Counted from the first letter of the stretch, positions 13,925 through 28,169 are shown. The stretch: DNA of 64,000 bases from Octopus vulgaris (GCA_951406725.2 OX597832.1:43090001-43154000); one strand, 5' to 3'. Made by a program: numbers and translations. The notes: a model not told the origin generated them from the letters alone.

Positions 13925-15218
13925 TACACACATACATGTTGAAATATGAAACAGAAACAGCGCTAATGTAATAAACATTATCGACAACACTTCCTTAACG
14001 CAGAACCAAAGTGTATTTGCCGGTAGGTTTCGATTTGACGTGATGGAGATTACTATCTCAAAGTGCTGAGTGTAAAGCATCTGAAAGCCATGGACAGGCG
14101 AGACAACTCACCCCAAATCCCATCCAGAAGTGATGGATTTTTCGCCATTTTTGTGGCTTATCAACATCAGCATATGTGTATATATAATTTTGCAATAACA
14201 ATATTACTGTTTAGGTATCAATTAACTGCAGATGCATCGATTAATTGCATATAAAGTAGTACAGAAGTACAGACATTTTTAGTGTGACTAACCCCATCGA
14301 CAGTGAGTATTATTATTCAGAGAGCATATTTAGATCTAATTATCAATATCTCTTCTTCGTTTTATGTTATGACATTACGGTGTGATTTGAAAATTGGCTT
14401 CAATATGGAGAAAGCTGAGTAACCATTTAATTAGAAAATTTGCATTCATTTCAGTAATACGTACAAGAATAATGAAATTTGGGGGAAAAAGCAAAATAAT
14501 AATTAATGTACCAACGTAACACTCTCTGATATTACCCACAATGCCGAAGTATGATCCCAAGATTCCAGTTTCTAAATAAAAGATGTGATTGTTACTACTA
14601 GAAAGTGATATGATCACAGGACTGCGCGGCCAGGTCTGTCTCATGGCTAAACTAAACTAAAACACCAATATAATTTTCACTACCTTCAACGCCGCCAACA
14701 ACAACAAAACAACAACTCTACAATTTGACTGCTATTTCCAGTGCTTGAAACAGAGACCAGGGATATTCGAAAATGAAGTCCTAAACGCATTAACTCTAGT
14801 AAATAATTCGGGATGGACATAACTGGAACGCCTTTGAGCAGAGGGGTGTTCGATTAGGAATGACATGTATCTAAAGTATAGCAAAGCCGACCCATTAAAA
14901 GAGTTAGCTATGCTATCGTACAACCGTAAAAATGGCGGTTAAATTTCCCCTCAGGATGTAGTTTTTCCTATAGAGCAAAAGAAGACATTCCATGGGAGGT
15001 CTGCACGATATCAGTTGAACGAGGATCAAACTGCTGTTGTTACTACTACTACTACAACTACTACTACTACTACTACTACTACTACCCAAAACAACAACAA
15101 GACTACTAGTAATGATACATACGTACACAAACATATATACATAACTATATAGATATGCCTACGTGCATAGACACAACACATCCGTATAGACGTGCCTACG
15201 TACATGCACACTTTTACT

Positions 15219-15249
<31 letters not shown>

Positions 15250-15338
15250 CATGTACCCTGTTATAGATGTGTATACGTATATATATATGTATATATTTAT
15301 ATACATATATATATGTATATATAAACATATATAAATAA

Positions 15339-15403
<65 letters not shown>

Positions 15404-15749
15404 TATACATATATGAATATATATATATATAGATACATAGATACATACATAGATACATACATAGATACATACATACATACATACATTCTATATATACACA
15501 ATTACACATGCACACGAAATATTTATTTCACCGGGTGATTATTTATATATACATATAATTGAACAATTATAGAATTTTAGAAAATTAGAGGAGGCGTGGT
15601 GGTGGTGGTGGGTGTGGGCGGACTAAAAGCAAATAACAATAACTCTTTGTGTTCTTCGAAACTAATTCCGGATACAAACATTCTCGAAATTCTTTTATAT
15701 TGATCATTCGCGTTATGTATATGAAAGCATATTCATATGTTATGTAAGA

Positions 15750-15798
<49 letters not shown>

Positions 15799-15868
15799 CA
15801 CACACACACATAGACACATGTGCATACGCATACGTACCCATATATATGTATATATATATATATATACG

Positions 15869-15917
<49 letters not shown>

Positions 15918-15926
15918 GTATATATT

Positions 15927-15985
<59 letters not shown>

Positions 15986-16035
15986 GTATATATTTACAGA
16001 TATATATATATGTATATATATATATATGAATATAT

Positions 16036-16142
<107 letters not shown>

Positions 16143-16185
16143 ATATGTATATATATATATATATGTACTGATATACATACATCTA

Positions 16186-16719
16186 CACAGACATGCAGGA
16201 AGTAAATAGACACCTTTAATTTTTCAAAATCTTTTATTTGATATTAATTGGTTGAAGGAGAGGTTTTCTTCTAGCTGTTCGTCCATAATACCCAAACTTA
16301 TGCAAATATGTAACACACGTTCTTGGACTAACTTCTAGCTGTTTCGCAATGACAGAAGCCTTCGAACGGCGTTCGTTTTCCACAATTCTCTTCAAACAGC
16401 GAAGTTTCCTTTCTGAGGGAGGGCCCAGGTCGGCCGGGATGAGAATCTGCTGATTCTTTCATTGGCTTTTGAATTGCACTATAATTCTATTAACCGTAGC
16501 AAGAGGAATTTGGAGATTTTCGGCAATTTTTTGCTGGCTAAGACCAGCCTCAGATTGCCCAATAATATGACCTCTTTGAAAATCTGCCAGTTCTGCTGAA
16601 CATTTTGTGCATGGCATGGTTACTCTTAGCAAATGTTTAATATAATGGTACCTGGAATGAAAAAGAATAATTACATTGTAAATTCTACACTACTGAAAAT
16701 ATATTAAGACGCAGAAATT

Positions 16720-16720
<1 letters not shown>
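16186..16720 (-). mobile_element. Internally deleted Tc1-like transposon (TIR + N-terminal HTH region only)
   Basis: ATG at 16617: [46 protein letters not shown], then HPGRPG and LHKFGYYGRTARRKPLL; runs straight into a TA-flanked TIR of about 45 bp. Confidence 0.88.
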
Positions 16721-17480
<760 letters not shown>

Positions 17481-17775
17481 TGATGACTTTGATCATCCTC
17501 GTGATTATCAGCATCATCATCAACACCATCGTCGTGGTGTCCATGGTGTTGATGATGGTTTTGGCGGTAATGGTTGGTGGTGTTGGTGTTGGTGACTGGT
17601 GTTGTTTAATTCAAATATATCAATGATAACATCAGGCTATTATCTTCCACAGAAATATTCCAGACTCGCTATTGGATGTAAGAAATCCGCTAAGTTTTAT
17701 GGCTGTAACTTATTGAACATATATATAGATACACAGGCACACACAGATCTGTGTGTGTATGTATGTGTGTGTAAA

Positions 17776-17831
<56 letters not shown>

Positions 17832-17866
17832 TCATTCATCATATATATATATATATATATGTTTGT

Positions 17867-17897
<31 letters not shown>

Positions 17898-18111
17898 TAT
17901 ATGTATATACTTACATGTATATATACATATATATACACACACACTCACATATATACATATATGTATGTGCCTATATATATATGTATATATATATATGTGT
18001 ATATGTATATATACATATATATATATATGCATGTATATATACATATATATACACACACATTCACATATATACATATATGTATGTGCATATATATATGTAT
18101 ATGCACATATA

Positions 18112-18143
<32 letters not shown>

Positions 18144-18368
18144 CATATATATATATATGTAGGTCGGTAGGTAAGTATGTAAGTAAGTAGGTAGGTATAT
18201 ATGTTTGTGTGTGAGTGTGCAATATGCATTTTAACTTCTAGCATATCAATAATAATATATTATGGTTATTCAGAGCTGAAGTTTACCAGGCATGGTGATA
18301 GATATATGCACTGTGTTAAGTTTTACCCCTACAGGTTTCTAAGCTACGAGTGTGTGTTTGCGTGTGTA

Positions 18369-18452
<84 letters not shown>

Positions 18453-18794
18453 CGTGCGTATTATGCATCTTAGCTGCAGTACCATGTCTGTTAAGATTTA
18501 TTAATTCCCGAAATAAACACAATTATATGAAATCGCAATATTTTGGATAAATTTCTTTAGAAAGATGCCGACTGTATTCTATTGACCCAGGAATTTGAGG
18601 TTATGTAGAATGATTGCGCCAAAACAATTTTGATTTGCGACTCAACCTGAGCTTTATAAAGCTGCACAAAAGGAAACGGTAATGGCACACGTATAGAACT
18701 AAACGTATAGAAGTAAACGAGACGGAACGGTTACGATTGGAATGCTTTTGATCATAGTTCTGCTCGATGGAGGCCGATCGAGGGCCAAAAACTA

Positions 18795-19828
18795 GCGGTT
18801 TCAAATTTTGGCAAAACGCTAGTAAGTTCGGTGGAGGAAGTGAGTCGATTAGATCGACCCTAGTTTCAACAGAAACTTTAGCACGCCAGGCGAAATGCGT
18901 AGCCGTATTTCGTCTGTCGTTACGTTGTGAGTTCAAATTCCGCCGAGGTCGACTTTGCCTTTCATCCTTTCGGGGTCGATAAATTAAGTACCAGTTACGC
19001 ACTGGGGTAGATGTAATCGACTTAATACCGATGTCGGTCCTTGTTTGTTCCCTCTGTGTTTAGACCCTTGTGGGTAGTAAAGAAATAGGTATTTCGGCTA
19101 CCGTTACGTTGTGAGTTCAAATTCCGCTGAGGTCGACTTTGCCTTTCATCCTTTCAGGGTCGATAAATTAAGTACCAGTTACGCACTGGGGTCGATGTAA
19201 TCGACTTAATACCGATGTCGGTCCTTGTTTGTCCTCTCTGTGTTTAGCCCCTTGTGGGTAATAAAGAAATAGGTATTCATTTTATCGACCACGAAATGAT
19301 GAATGGTAAAGTTGACATCGGTGGAATTTGAACTCAGAACGTAAAGACGAACGAAATACCGCTAGGCAATTTGCCAAGCGTCGTAGCCATTCTGCCAGCA
19401 CGCCGCCTTAACAAAAGTAATAATATTGGTTTCGCATTTTGGCACAAGGCCAGCAATTTCGGGGAAGGGGGTTATTCGATTACATTGACCCCAGTGCTCA
19501 GCTTGTACTTATTTTATCGATCCTGAAAGTTAAATTCGACCACGGTGGAATTTGAACTCAGAACTAAAGACGGACGAAATATTGTTAAGCGTTTTGCGCA
19601 TCGTGCTAACGATTCTTTTCTACTTTAGGCGCAAGGCCCGAAATTTTGGGGGAGGGAGACAGTCGATTATATCGACTCCAGTACGCAACTGGTACTTAAT
19701 TTATCGATTTCCAAAGGATGAAAAGTAAAGTCGACCTCGGCGGAATTTGAACTCAGAATGTAAAAACAGACGAAATACTGCTAAGCATTTCGCCCGGCGT
19801 GCCAACACTTGTGCCAGCTCGCTGCCTT
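18795..19828. mobile_element. Cluster of family B SINEs: two plus copies (18868-19275), three minus copies (19277-19828) and a tail fragment
   Basis: GAGTTCAAATTCCGCCGAGGTCGACTTTGCCTTTCATCCTTTCGGGGTCGATAAATTAAGTACCAG and its reverse complement recur; the central domain resembles the Meta-SINE domain (inference). Confidence 0.9.
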
Positions 19829-19937
19829 GAAACCAGGAAATAACTGCAACAGCAACCGACGTGGTAGCGCAATGGTCCAGTGGTTAGGGCAGCGGTCTCG
19901 CGGTCGTAGGAATGTTTAACCCTAACCTTAACCCTCT

Positions 19938-20031
19938 GAAGAAGAAGAAGAAGAAGAAGAAGAAGAAGAAGAAGAAGAAGAAGAAGAAGAAGAAGAAGAA
20001 GAAGAAGAAGAAGAAGAAGAAGAAGAAGAAG
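19938..20031. repeat. (GAA)n microsatellite
   Basis: Read directly. Confidence 0.97.
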
Positions 20032-20798
20032 ACAACTGACTCACAGACGTACTGTGTCTACTTTCCACTGCTTCCCTCATCCCACCCATCAACAATATTC
20101 TCCGCTTCTTCTAAGCGAAAGAGCTGTTTCCATATTTTTACCGACTAGTTTCTCCCTTCTCAACACACCTGTCTCATAATCATTTCTATATTACATTCTT
20201 CAAATTGAAACACTCTGCAATATCCTTCGCCCGACCCGCAGCCACATTTTGTTCCCCCTGCAGGCCTCTCTAATCGACAGAAATTTAATTTGAACATCAA
20301 CCACACCCTTCTCGGTAATCTGCGAATGACTACAAGGATTTATGGGCGTTGCTCCTTCCTCTCAGCTAGCTATTAAACATAGAATCAGTGGGGTGTCAAA
20401 CTAAATAGCATATCTAATTTATGTAGCCCCCGTCACTCATTTTTACGTACCTAGTTCAAATCCCACTGGAGTTGATAAAGTAAATACCCAATAATGCTGT
20501 GTGATATGAGTGAAATATGCATAAAATTTCCTTTAAGAATACTCAGGGACTTGCGCTAATGTAAACAATTACCGTCGGGATCATCACCAGCGCCACCACT
20601 AACATTATCATCATTATCATCAGTATTATTAATCATCCTCATCATTACCGTCATCGTCATTATCATCATTGGTGTACGACCACATCGATCAGGTACTTAC
20701 CACAGTCTCTCCCTCATAATATATGTGTGTGTATGTAAGTATATATATATTATACAAATAAGAAAATGTAGAAACAAATCTAGTTTGTTCATCAACTT

Positions 20799-20879
<81 letters not shown>

Positions 20880-20882
<3 letters not shown>

Positions 20883-20965
20883 GAAAGAATGGAGTCGAAC
20901 GAATATTTTAACAAAATTCCTTTACTCTCGACACATGTTTCGAAGACTGCATACTCTTAATTCCG
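20880..20965 (-). mobile_element. Penelope-LTR-like fragment with the 3' half of a hammerhead motif
   Basis: Minus strand TGCAGTCTTC-GAAAC-ATGT-GTC-GAGAG; the CUGANGA half is missing. Confidence 0.4.
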
Positions 20966-21094
20966 AAATTTACACACAAGAACACGGTGTTTCTACCCTT
21001 GATATGTAGCTTCAACCGTGTTTTCTGACGTGAATTTGCTACCCAGGTACCGGTTAACCGAATTTTCCATACTAGGATAATTCAGTCACCTACT

Positions 21095-21147
<53 letters not shown>

Positions 21148-21430
21148 TTGTTATTATGTTAAACTTAGTATGTTAAAATTTGGCCAAAAGCGTTTTTTTT
21201 TTATTTTGCTTGCAAGAGCAGGTTGTTTTGGTCAAACTATCGTATCTCCAGCTGCTTCAGATGCCAAGATATCAAAAATTGTCAAAGTGTAGGAGAACGG
21301 CTTTGCTATGGAATACTGAATCTATTGTTTCGTTTTCAAAAAAAAAAAAAAAAAAAGCAACGTTTTTTTTCATAATAGCAACGATATATATATGTTTAAA
21401 ATGTTAATAGTTCACACAAGAAGATGCGTA

Positions 21431-21878
21431 AATATGTATCAGAGAAATACGGAAACGAAAATACCAAGAGGAGGTTATCTTGAAAGAATACAAAGAAAAA
21501 TGTGTCGGTTTCTGTCACCTCTTCGAGCAGAAATAAATTGCAAAGGAAAATTGAAATATATTAGATTAAACATTCATAGCAATTAGTTCTGGGAATTGAT
21601 ATATTTTTCTTATAAGAAATCACATGGTACTGCAATGTACATATTTTAGAAGGACACGGAATAGAACACCATGCAATATCTATAAGAAAAATATATGAAC
21701 TTTCAGAACTGATATCATCAAAGTTTAATTTATTTCAATTTTTCTGCCTATCTTATTCTTATTCTCGCATGAATAAGTCTTCTTAAACGACAGAAACCGG
21801 TACATATTTTCTTTCTATTTTTCCATGATAGGCTCCTCTAAGCATTTTCGTCTTCTTATATTCTTTCCGTATATAAAT
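21431..21878. repeat. Long diverged inverted repeat (arms about 200 bp, spacer about 37 bp)
   Basis: ACGAAAAT, AGAGGAG, CGGTTTCTGTC, AAAATTGAAATA and ATATATTTTTCTTATA all reappear reverse-complemented in mirror order. Confidence 0.85.
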
Positions 21879-22608
21879 CACAACAGGAGTTTGTGAAAAA
21901 TGTTTGGCATTCTTTATTCAGTATTACTCGTATCTCATTTCCCAACAGGAATTACAGAGGTGTAGATGTAGAATAAACACAAAATATAACATGTACACCA
22001 TACATACAATTTTGAAGTACTGGACTATGCAGATGTGCTTCATGAGGACACAGCTGGTATTATAACCCTTCCGCCTGCTGCTATCACGGGACCAGCGGCC
22101 AGTTCCTCTTTTTTTCTTCCTTTCTTAGACTGGTCCCGCAGCTGACTAGTCGCAAATTCTCTGTCTCTCCATTCTCCATCCAGCAAGATATTTTCTAAGT
22201 GTTACCCATTATTCTCGTCTCCTTGACCCCAAGGCCGTATTTTGTTCGACTGTTCGTCCTCGTCGACCGCCCTAAATTACACTGTGTCGTTCGCTTGTAA
22301 TAGCAATAATAGCTGTTTACTTCGAAGTTTCACCGAAACTTCTCCCCGCCGAAATAGTGTTAAGTAAGATGAGACATAATATGTTAATAAATTGTACACT
22401 TGTTTATACTTCCTATATAAACCTATTAATTCTGACCCATACCAAATTCCTGCCATGTATAAGGGACCTTATTTCTTAGCAAACGTTGATTCAGCAATAA
22501 GTTACTATATCTAATAAGTATTATACTAACTGTAAATGCATTAGTCACTCCTTTATTGGATGCATGTTTAGTACATTTAAGTATAGTCGAAAGTTTTATG
22601 AAACGTGT

Positions 22609-22888
22609 TACTTTTCTATCGTTTTACTGTGGCGAACCGCTACGTTACGGGGCCATAAACAAAGCAACACCGGTTGTCAAGCGGTGTAATGGGGACAAAC
22701 TCAGATACATGCATATATATATATATACGACGGGCTTCTTTCTGTTTCCAACTACCAATAGTACTCACAAAGCTTTTCTCAGCCCGAGCCCGAAACTATA
22801 GTAGAAGACACTTGCTCAAGGTGCCACGCACTGGGACTGAACCCGAAACCATGTGGTTGTGAATAAGCTTCTTACCACACAGCTACGC
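22609..22888 (-). mobile_element. SINE family A, diverged and 3'-truncated
   Basis: Matches head and body of the full copies. Confidence 0.85.
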
Positions 22889-23148
22889 ATATATATATAT
22901 AAATTACACATACACATATTCATATATAATTAAGTGTATACATATGTATGTATGTGTGTATTTGTACGTGTGTGTATGTGCGAGTGTGTGCGTGTGTATG
23001 CACGCGTGTGTGTGAGTATACAGAAATATTTAATAAATAGACACATATACACACCTAAAGGAGCTAACATTCCGACTAAATCAAGCTGCGAAACTGTTTC
23101 AGATGTTATCTCTTATCCTGTTTAGTATTTCATATATATATATGTGTG

Positions 23149-23208
<60 letters not shown>

Positions 23209-23312
23209 AATATATATTTATATATGAATGTATGTATGTATGTATGTATGTATGTATGTATATATATATATATGTATGTATATATGCATATGTATATATG
23301 TATGTATGTATG

Positions 23313-23348
<36 letters not shown>

Positions 23349-23440
23349 AATATTTGCATGTTGTATGAATGTATCTTTGTCCGTGTATGTGAGTATTAAT
23401 GAATGTGTTTATATATGTCGTAAGTTTGTATATATAAACG

Positions 23441-23488
<48 letters not shown>

Positions 23489-23557
23489 TGTGTGTGTGAG
23501 AGAGAGAAAGAGTGTATATGTGTGAATATATATCTACATTTATATATACATGCACAT

Positions 23558-23622
<65 letters not shown>

Positions 23623-24539
23623 GTATAATTATATATATTTGTATAATTACATCTTTATGTTGCATATACGCGTATATATCAAATTATAATTACTATGTTA
23701 TGATGACATGAATGTTTGTTGCAATATCAATAATATTTACATTTATTTACTATATACATATATATATATATATATTTACTATACTATATATATTATATTA
23801 TTTTCTGCGTTCGAAAATTTGCTTACTTAGCAAAAATAGTCAGAATTTTTATTTGATTTCTCTCTAAGTACTTTTTGTTAATATTTATTTTTCCATTATC
23901 CCCTCACTTCTTCTCCTTCACACTTTCACGTGTTTATGTGTCTGTTTAAAGATATTCTATGAATTAGTTTGATATATTAGATTTTTGTTTTGTGTGTTTT
24001 TACTATTTCATTTGTTGCGTCGCGTTGTCTTTTTTTTTTTCCTTTTCATTTTGCTTTTTAAGCACGGAAAAAGTTTTTTTTCCCTAAAACAGGGCTATAA
24101 CTTCTCTGTAGACAGATTTATTAATAATACATTTTAATGTTATAACATTCAAACGTGTGAGTGTGGGTGCGTATGCGTACGTGTGTGCCTAAATGTGTAT
24201 GTATTTTTCTATAAGCATATATTTATATATGTATGTATATGAGTTATATGTGTGTGTATTATGTATTACTCGTTGCGTTGACTGGAAGTTAAGAATCGCC
24301 TGTCAACTTAACATGTATAATAAATTTGATTGTTAAATATATATTGAATCTTCTCATCTAGAAATGGCAGCTAGCTTGTTTTTTTTATGACGTAACAGTT
24401 ACATTAACAGGAACAACACAAATATAGGCGTGTGTTCGTGCGTATATGTGTGTATATATGTATGAAAGTATGCATGTATATGTATATATATATATATATA
24501 TACATATGTATATATATACACATATACATATATATGTAT

Positions 24540-24596
<57 letters not shown>

Positions 24597-24610
24597 CATA
24601 AAATAAATAA

Positions 24611-24904
24611 TGGAGGCACAATGGCCCTGTGGTTAGGGCAGCGGACTCGCGGTCGTAGGATCGTGGTTTCGATTCCCAGACCGGGGGTTGTGAGTGTTTA
24701 TTAGCGAAAAAAACTAAAACACCACGAGGCTCCGGCAGGGTGTAGTGGAGATCCCTGCTGTACTCTTTCGCCACAACTTTTTCTCACTCTTTCTTCCGTA
24801 GGCCTGCTTGCTTAGTCGTTTGAAGGCTAAAACAATGCGAAGCGCATTGTGACCAGCGATGTGTAGCAACATCTGATAGCCTGGTCGGTCACGTGATCAC
24901 GTGA
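24611..24904 (+). mobile_element. tRNA-derived SINE family D
   Basis: TGGCCCTGTGGTTAGGGCAGCGGACTCGCGGTCGTAGG head; tail ...GGTCGGTCACGTGATCACGTGA; related copies at 35251, 60661 (tail) and 19861 (head). Confidence 0.88.
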
Positions 24905-25231
24905 TAATGAATAATAAATAATATATAATATACACACACATGCATATATATATATACACACACATGCATATCTGGGTACAGGACGTCACCAACGGTGCAG
25001 ATAACATGAAATACGTAAACAAATGAGTTAAATACGTAATCAATGAGAAAAAATGAAAAACAGGATCAGTAAACAGAGAAACGACCATTTATCAGTCGTC
25101 CTGACCTTCTTGGATCTGGAAGAGCTCCTGGAGTTCATTCCCCTCATAGATGTTTTTTCATTGGTAATGCTTTTCTGTGTTTAGGCATAAATGTAATTGT
25201 TTTTCCAAAATAAATTGCGCTTCATATTTGA

Positions 25232-25312
25232 AGCTCCGATGAAGTTACTGGGTTTCACTCACGAACTCAACTACGAGTTCACTGCTTCTGATAACACAAA
25301 CAGCTGTAAGCT
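25232..25312 (+). ncRNA. Degenerate type I hammerhead-like motif in a Penelope-LTR-like fragment
   Basis: AGCT-CCGATGA-A-GTTA...TAAC-ACAAA-CAGCTG-TA-AGCT; core substitutions in both CUGAUGA and GAAA. Confidence 0.55.
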
Positions 25313-25445
25313 AATGAAGTACATAAGATAACTGTTTATTCTTTTGTTCTCTCATTTTCTTATTCACGTTCTGTACTTGCCTAATAATGTTTGCATGTTT
25401 GCGTAGTATTGTATATTGAATCCAAAACCAAGTTATTAGTCTAAA

Positions 25446-25501
<56 letters not shown>

Positions 25502-25504
<3 letters not shown>

Positions 25505-25910
25505 CGCAGGATTGGCTGTGTGGTAAGTAGCTTGCTAACCAACCACATGGTTCCGGGTTCAGTCCCACTGCGTGGCATCTTGGGCAAGTGTCTTCTACTA
25601 TAACCTCGGGCCGACCAAGGCCTTGTGAGTGGAATTGGTTGACGGAAACCGAAAGAAGCCCGTCGTATATATGTATATATATATATATATATGTGCGTGT
25701 TTGTGTGTCTGTGCTTGTCCCCCTAGCATTGCTTGACAACCGATGCTAGTGTGTTTACGTCGCCGTCACTTAGCGGTTCGGCAAAAGAGACCGATAGAAT
25801 AAGTACTGGGCTTACAAAGAATAAGTCCCGGGGTCGATTTGCTCGACTAAAGGCGATGCTCCAGCATGGCCGCAGTCAAATGACTGAAACAAGTAAAAGA
25901 GTAAAAGAGT
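25502..25910 (+). mobile_element. SINE family A (tRNA head + CORE-like domain), full length
   Basis: A box TGGCTGTGTGG, B box GGTTCAGTCCC, TTGGGCAAGTGTCTT CORE-like segment, internal (TA)/(TG) tract, tail CATGGCCGCAGTCAAATGACTGAAACAAG(TAAAAGAG)n. Confidence 0.93.
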
Positions 25911-26011
25911 ATATATATATATATTTAATGTAGGATAAATTTTTTTTCGAAAAAAAATTTTATCAATGGCCAGCATATTAAAAAATACCTTTAAAGGTTA
26001 AAATTATAAAC

Positions 26012-26139
26012 AACTTATAAATAAGGGCAAACGAAAAAGTTTCTAATGCCAAATATGCGGAAATTTAACATGTTGTCCATATTGTCAATTTCGGCATATT
26101 TGACATTAGAAATTTTTTCGTTTGCCCTTATATATAAGT

Positions 26140-26140
<1 letters not shown>
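26012..26140. repeat. Near-perfect inverted repeat (arms about 58 bp)
   Basis: AACTTATAAATAAGGGCAAACGAAAAAGTTTCTAATG... pairs with ...CATTAGAAATTTTTTCGTTTGCCCTTATATATAAGTT. Confidence 0.93.
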
Positions 26141-26211
<71 letters not shown>

Positions 26212-26525
26212 CCACTTAACGTGGATGTTGTATGTATGTATCATTTAGCAACAGTTTGTTTCGGCCCGTATAACAAAAAATTTCGTAGGCTCGTCAGCAG
26301 AACTTATCTGGTCATGCTTGTAATTTCAGACAGTTTTTTCAAACTGCCCTATGTTAGACTCTGCTGCCTCAAGTTAATCCCTCCCTTGTCGACATTTTAC
26401 TGAAAGAGAACTCTTTCAGAAATTCTAGATCTTCCTCCAACCGCGCCAAGTTCACTGCACTCTTTCGTCGAGCTTACTAAATAATACACCCACGCAGACG
26501 TATCCATATATATAAATATATACAA

Positions 26526-26568
<43 letters not shown>

Positions 26569-26619
26569 AGCATATATCTATCTATCTATCCATCTATCTA
26601 TCTACCTATCTATCTATCC

Positions 26620-26661
<42 letters not shown>

Positions 26662-26668
26662 TTATCTA

Positions 26669-26747
<79 letters not shown>

Positions 26748-27110
26748 TTTTTTATATATGCAAACATAAAGGGGTGTACAGTTATTTTGTAAAGAACTAA
26801 CGGAGCGACGACCGTTCACTGAATAGTTATGGGTTTCCCTTTGGCAAGGCGTAGCACCCGTTTAATCATTCTACTGAGAAGTCATGGGAATGCAGCAAGG
26901 TGGATTGTGAAGAAGCAGCGGAAGATCTCAACTTAACCAACAGTACCTCTCACATTGACGCTGAGCAGAGAAATCCTAGAAGATCAAAGGTCAAGATAAC
27001 TACGATACATGCAAACGGGAGGTGCTCCCTGTTGTGTAATCAGCAATTAATTTCTTTACTACCCACAAGGGGACAAACAAGGACAGACAAACGGATTAAG
27101 TCGATATATC

Positions 27111-27347
27111 CATGTTGGATCTCTAGCTCCTACACGCATTTTTTTTCTCTCCTTGTTTCTCTCCGTGTTTCTTTTCTGTGTATCTTTCTGTTGAAGAGCG
27201 TAGGCTCGAAACGTAAAAACTTGTTTTATTTCTATTCCTGAGCGCCATACTAATACAATTGTTTGTTTGTACTCCATCTGCCTTCTTCTTTTGTTTATTT
27301 TCGTAAACCCGCCTTCATCTTTTGTTTTATTTTCGTAAACCTTCCCG

Positions 27348-27348
<1 letters not shown>
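27111..27348 (+). mobile_element. Short Penelope-LTR-like repeat with a minimal hammerhead-like motif (27184-27219)
   Basis: CTTT-CTGTTGA-A-GAGC-GTAG-GCTC-GAAACGTA-AAAA; same family as 6316-6511. Confidence 0.65.
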
Positions 27349-27422
<74 letters not shown>

Positions 27423-27426
<4 letters not shown>

Positions 27427-27572
27427 TCAGTTGACTTGGCATGATGTTCTTTGCTTTCGGTAGTAATCAGACATATAATCATCTTCGCAACTATCCCACC
27501 TTGGACTCAATTTTAACGGCTTATCCAAGCAGTTGAATAAACCGTTAAGTCTAACTTGAAGTTCCAGTCCAT
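27423..27572 (-). mobile_element. 3' end of an unidentified (TA)n-tailed retro-element
   Basis: 27423-27482 is the exact reverse complement of 50182-50241; internal hairpin TTAACGG...CCGTTAA. Confidence 0.7.
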
Positions 27573-27595
27573 AAATATATACATACATATATACA

Positions 27596-27631
<36 letters not shown>

Positions 27632-28169
27632 TATATATGTAGAGAGATAATTTTGTTGGCCTAATGTCGACAGAAAGTGTAGTAACCACTTAAATATTTT
27701 CATTCAAAAGATACTGCATTAAAAAAAAAAATTACGAAAATAGATACATACTCAGTCATCTATAAATCAATACCTAACATATATACACAAGCACTTATAA
27801 CCACACAGATGTATACACATAAGTGATGGCTTTGCAATGAATAGGACGTAATATTATCGATCTGATGAGACAGACGAAAATACTATCAGCAGCCAATCAG
27901 AGTCACAGATAATGTGAACCATTCATAGATATTTTCTATTGAATGTCTTGTCTGACGTAACAGGCCATGGTTGAAGCTGGGTTATTGCTTGCGGTGTGTT
28001 ATGTCAGTGTCGCCATCTGTTTGTAATTGGAAGAAGCTAGTTTCGAAGTAAAAGAAAAATGAATATTTGGATAGCGTAGATAGATAACATAATATAACTT
28101 ATATACATACATGTATATACATACATGTGTAGTTGTGTGTGTACGTACATAAATATATATATATATATA

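Noticed and set aside
13960-14650. Homeodomain-site-rich unique island as an enhancer (also about 28920-29300 and 49000-49190)
   Set aside because: TAAT motifs are expected in AT-rich DNA; cannot be supported without conservation data.
20035-22330. Very decayed LINE-like traces at about 20040-20310 and 21990-22330
   Set aside because: Only scattered residues resemble ORF2 C-termini; too weak to call.
27862-27890. CTGATGAGACAGACGAAA as a hammerhead
   Set aside because: Both boxes present but no credible stems I-III.
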